The notes beneath the pieces were generated by a model. It saw only the letters and a program-made list of their open reading frames with translations. It had not been told where the DNA came from and searched no databases. Source: Prorocentrum cordatum (Eukaryota). From it: 64,000 nucleotides of DNA. Numbering within the stretch: position 1 is the stretch's first letter; each line of letters starts with the position of its first letter. Where the stretch lies: contig CAUYUJ010000163.1 of the NCBI GenBank assembly GCA_963575745.1, forward strand, positions 1 to 64,000, given 5' to 3'. The position numbers and the translations under genes were made by a program. Positions 60,136-64,000 of this stretch are shown piece after piece.

Positions 60136-61267
60136 TCAGCACGGGTGCGGTGGATCCGACGTCCGGGGGAGATCCGCTTCCCCAGACCTCGGGCGATACG
60201 ATCTTTTGCCAGCCGGCGAGTTTCTCCTCCATTCTGGCCACCGGGGGCCATCCTCGATCAGTGCCACCTTAAAACGGGTACTCGTTCACGGGTACTCTGG
60301 AACATTGCCGACAATTGCCGCTTTAGGGCCTCTTTTTGGCATTGCAGCGTTGCCCACATCGGGGAGGATTGGGTTCGCCCGGTCACTGGCCAAAGTACCC
60401 GTTGGTGCAGTCCCCATGAGGAAGGCGCTGTATACGTATACGTATACAGCGCCGGATCTCAATATATTGAGCTCCGGGAGCTCAATATACGTATACGTGG
60501 TCCCGGAGCTCAATATATTGAGCTCCGGGACCATGAGACACGGATCAGGGACGAGGAGCAACCCCAGGTGAAGCGGCCGGGACTCGTGGGGCCAAGCCGC
60601 CCCCCCTCCCCAATCCTCGAGATCCTGGCGTCGCCAGTGCTTCAAGCTTGACGGGCCCGCTTTGCTTCGGGCCCCAGTTCGGGCCCCAGGGCCCTCGCGG
60701 ATCGATCCGGCTCGAGGACTGCCGCAGGAAGGTGGAGTTTGGGGCTCCAGATTCAGGAGGGGAAAAAACGCACAGATTCAATTAATCGTCGATCCCCAGG
60801 AAAATATGGAAAGATATGGGAAGTGGGGGGGAAGACAAAACCCCAGAAAATATGAGCAAATATGGGGAATCTTTTTATTTGTGTGTATTTATTTGTGTGT
60901 CCCAGGGCCCCTTCACAGATGTGGTCTGCTACGACATCATTTTTTCGTGACGTCGGATCTCAGGGTCACTCCCTCCTCCCTCCCCCACGTAGCCGACGGC
61001 GGCGAAGACGGCTTCGACGACGAAGGCGGCGCCGCCGCCGACGGCGCGGACGCCGCCGAGCAAGATGCCGACGCCGATGTGCACCGGCGGCGACGCGCCA
61101 GTGACCTCCATCGGTGGTGATGAAGCGGCGCGTGTCGGTCAGAAGGGGGGGGGGGTTGGAAAGGGGCGGCACGGACTGTGGCGCGTGCAGCTGTCTCCCA
61201 GGCGCCTCTCCTCGATGTGCGCTGGCGCCCCCTCTCGCACGGCAGCGCGGCGGAGGGTCCAGCCATG

Positions 61268-61448
61268 CTCCAGATTTCGCAATAAAGGGAGGGGGGTCTC
61301 ATTTCGGGGGGGGGGTCTCTTCCAGGCTACCTTGGAGGGCCTGGGGGGGTCTGGGGACGATGCTTTGGAGGGCTCTCCCACGGGGGAGGTCTGAGATGGC
61401 TCGTCTTGGAGGGTCCAGACCCCCCCCCTTGAGTTACGAAATCTGGAG
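61268..61448. mobile_element. Small TIR element, possible 2-bp TSD TG
   Basis: CTCCAGATTTCGCAA pairs with TTACGAAATCTGGAG. Confidence 0.55.
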
Positions 61449-61581
61449 TGCTCGAGCCGAGGTCTCCCGCCCGTCCGGCCCTCCTCTTTCGTCTCCCGGG
61501 CTTTATCGTCGGGGCGGCCCGGGGAGTGGAGACGCTGGGCGCTCGGCCCCAGGGCGGAGACCCGGGGGTCGGGCAGGAGAG

Positions 61582-61637
<56 letters not shown>

Positions 61638-61737
61638 NNNNNNNNNNNNNNNNNNNNNNNNNNNNNNNNNNNNNNNNNNNNNNNNNNNNNNNNNNNNNNN
61701 NNNNNNNNNNNNNNNNNNNNNNNNNNNNNNNNNNNNN
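61638..61737. other. Assembly gap (100 N) after (GA)n 61578-61637
   Basis: Direct inspection; contiguity across the gap is not guaranteed. Confidence 1.
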
Positions 61738-62137
61738 CCTGAATCTGGAGGAAGTCTCAGGCGGGGGCCTCGTCTCTGAGTGAATTATGAGGAAGTCTCA
61801 GGCGGGAGCCCCCTCCCTGTGGGGCCCGCGGATTATCTCAGGCGGTAGCCCCCTCCTTATGGGGCCCGCGGTTCATGTTACTAATCCGAGCGGTTCGTCG
61901 GATTCCTGTAACTGTCGTCAATTTTTAGGATCTTCAGGCCTGAATATGGAGGAGGTCTCAGGCGGGAGCATCGTCTGTGAGTGAATTGCGAGTGAATTCG
62001 TGTTCCCAGAACACAATTCCCAGGCCACATTTTGAATGCCCGGAGCCAACTGTAGGCCACTTCGTGTTCGTCGTGTTCCCAGAGCGCTCTTCCTGGCACG
62101 TATCCACTGGAACGCACCCCTGGGCGCTTTACTCTGA

Positions 62138-62386
62138 AACGAGGACGCTGGCCGCACGGGCGTGTCGGACGAGCAGTGGTGGCTGCGCCTCTACGTCGTG
62201 TTCTCCCGCGCCACGTGCGTGCGGAACATGCTGATCCTGCGGCCGCCGCCGCGGGAGTTCCTGGAGCGAGGGCCGCCGGCGTCCTTGCGGAAGGCGCTGC
62301 TGGAGTTCGACAAGAGAGCGGTTTTGTCCAGGGCGGAGGCGGAGCAGTTCGCGGCAAAGCTGGGCTTCGTGCCGCCTCCCGCCTGA
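62138..62386 (+). pseudogene. C-terminal fragment of a PIF1-like (SF1B) helicase, probably Helitron-derived
   Basis: SDEQWWLRLYVVFSRATCVRNMLILRPPPREFLERGPP contains helicase motif VI (YVxxSRA). In-frame stop just upstream at 62135. Confidence 0.65.
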
Positions 62387-63043
62387 GCGTGGCTGCGCCC
62401 CGCTCGAAGCCCGCGGGGTTGTCCCAACGGTTTGGTCTTGCGCGCCAGCGGCTCGCGGGGTGGCCCCGACAGCTTGGCCCGCGGGGTTGCCCCGGCGGCT
62501 GCGCGACGCGGCCATCAGAAAACGCGCCAGTCCAGTGCTGGCCGAGGCGGCGACGGCGCCGAGGAACATCGACTTGCTTGCCCCGCCCAGGGGGAGGGGG
62601 AGGTGCACGTAGAGAAGCGGCAGGAGGAAGATGAGGAGGGGGAGGGTATGGGGGAGGGCGATGATAAGGAGGAGGTGGAGAAGGAGGAGGGGGAGGTAGA
62701 CGGAGGGGGAAGGGAGAAATAGAAGAAGGAGGGGAAAGAGAGGGCAAAGGAGAGGGCGAGAGGAGGGTGTTTGCCATGGCCAGGACGAAAAGGAGAAGGG
62801 CACGCAAAACAGACTATCATGTGGGGTCCTTCCGTCGGAGAATTTGGGATTTTTTGTGTATTCTTGGGGCATTGTTAATTTAATCGCTTCAATCATTCCG
62901 CCGGCCAGGATTGTGCCCTCGCTGGCGTTTGGGCTTTTGGGGGCCTTTGGGGGTCCTCGTTGGGGGTTTCTTGGGGGCCTCGTGGGATGGTTTGTGCTTG
63001 CACGTGAAGGAAGTCAAGAGGGGGTTTTCAATCTGTCGCCCCT

Positions 63044-63538
63044 TTGGCTCCGCTCTTTCTTGCATCACATTGCTTCTCTGGTCCCGAGGCTGATGGCCGC
63101 GGTCGCCATCCCTGGCGGGGCGGCCGCGTTGCCGGCCTGGGCAGTGCTGGCTCTGGAGGCGCGGCGTTTTTCGCGCCGGGCTGGGGCCGGGGGCGGCCGA
63201 GCTGCCCAGACCTCTCGTGCCCTGCCTGCCCGGCGTGCCCGGAGGCGGCGGCGTGCGCGGCCTGCCCGGAGCTGGCGGTCTGCGCCGCCTGCCCAGCCTG
63301 CGAGCCGCCGCCGTTCGCGGCGTGCCCGGCGTGCGAGCCGCCGCCGTGCGCGGCCTGCCCGGCCTGCGAGGCTCGGGCGTGCCCTGAGCCGACGGCCGGG
63401 GAGAAGGCTGTGGAGAGGCTAGTGGGGGCGTTGCTGGGCGGCCTGGTGCACTGGCTGGTGGCAAAAATCGTCGGCCGCCGTCATGGCGGCACTCGTGGCG
63501 TGGCTCCGCGGCGACGCGGGGCGGGAGTGGTGGACTAA
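63044..63538 (+). CDS. Small Cys-rich (CxxCP repeat) ORF with hydrophobic segment, overlapping the next ORF; start uncertain
   Basis: CPACPACPEAAACAACPE..CAACPACEPPP repeats, then LVGALLGGLVHWLVAKIV and RRRGAGVVD*. Confidence 0.45.
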   Translation: MAPLFLASHCFSGPEADGRGRHPWRGGRVAGLGSAGSGGAAFFAPGWGRGRPSCPDLSCPACPACPEAAACAACPELAVCAACPACEPPPFAACPACEPPPCAACPACEARACPEPTAGEKAVERLVGALLGGLVHWLVAKIVGRRHGGTRGVAPRRRGAGVVD

Positions 63539-64000
63539 GGCGCTCCCAGGCGAGCGCGTGGTCTGCCGCCTCGCCGACGAGGACGTTGACCACGAGCTGG
63601 TGCTGACGCACTACCCGGGGAGCGGACAGTGGTTTGTCCTGACCCCGGGCGTGGACATCTACGCTGAGGACCTGAGCTGCAGCGACCCAGAGAGCAGGCC
63701 CTCGCGGGCCCTCCCCTTGGCGCTGCGTGCTCGCAGGATGAGGAGGCTGTACCGCTTGCGGGAGCGACTGGGGCCCGACGAGCTGGGCGACGCGCGGCAG
63801 CGCGGTCGTGAGACGGCGCTCGAGCGGGACGCCACCCTGCCCGAGCCGAGGGAGGCCTCGGCCGCTGACGGCCAACAGGTCATCTGGCAGGAGGCCGCAG
63901 GCAGGCTGTCGGCCGGGAGGCGTGCCCGCTCGCTGCGCCTTGGCTCGGCCATGGGCCAGATGGGCGGGCGACGGCTGGAGGCCCCAAGGGCAGGACAGGC
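63483..64000 (+). CDS. ORF running off the window; resembles the first large ORF of dinoflagellate DIRS-like (tyrosine-recombinase) retroelements
   Basis: ATG 63483, open to the end: MAALVAWL...DHELVLTHYPGSGQWFVLTPGVDIYAEDL...LYRLR. Assignment rests on my recall of an HE...W.VLTP..D.Y.EDL motif; no RT or YR is visible here. Confidence 0.5.
   Translation, partial: MAALVAWLRGDAGREWWTKALPGERVVCRLADEDVDHELVLTHYPGSGQWFVLTPGVDIYAEDLSCSDPESRPSRALPLALRARRMRRLYRLRERLGPDELGDARQRGRETALERDATLPEPREASAADGQQVIWQEAAGRLSAGRRARSLRLGSAMGQMGGRRLEAPRAGQ

Noticed and set aside
60562..60600. CCAG|GTGAAG as the next PITH exon
   Set aside because: The phase does not fit the predicted exon C donor and the peptide (VKRPGLVG) does not match PITH.
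1..64000. tRNA, rRNA, Fanzor/TnpB or an autonomous DDE transposase
   Set aside because: No cloverleaf, rRNA-like, RuvC or DDE signature was recognised by eye; not excluded without covariance-model and HMM searches.

Overview
Eukaryotic, GC-rich and repeat-dense DNA, very probably a core dinoflagellate: it carries a relict DinoSL spliced-leader copy and GA/GC-donor introns. A Prorocentrum-like origin is only my inference. Recognisable protein content: (1) a ppGalNAc-transferase (GT27) coding block with a one-base homopolymer frameshift; (2) an SH3BP5-like coiled-coil ORF; (3) an intronless pseudokinase preceded by a relict spliced leader, i.e. a retrogene; (4) three micro-exons of a PITH-domain gene spread over about 11.5 kb, which the ORF track does not show as a gene; (5) a RING-H2 + Sel1/TPR pseudogene inside one PITH intron; (6) a decayed non-LTR retrotransposon (RT, CCHC, RNase H) embedded in (CCT)n; (7) a PIF1/Helitron-like helicase C-terminal fragment; (8) the likely 5' ORFs of a DIRS-like element running off the right edge. 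The rest is (GGA/CCT)n, (GAT)n and (GAC)n microsatellite, tandem arrays, foldback elements and many small non-autonomous TIR elements. The TSDs of these elements are directly readable and fall into 5-bp (5'-TCGG/TTAC/TCAG ends), 2-bp (CCC ends) and 8-bp classes. For three families, both filled and empty sites lie inside the window. Most ORFs in the track are artefacts of repeats. All family assignments come from motif recognition by eye; no searches were run.
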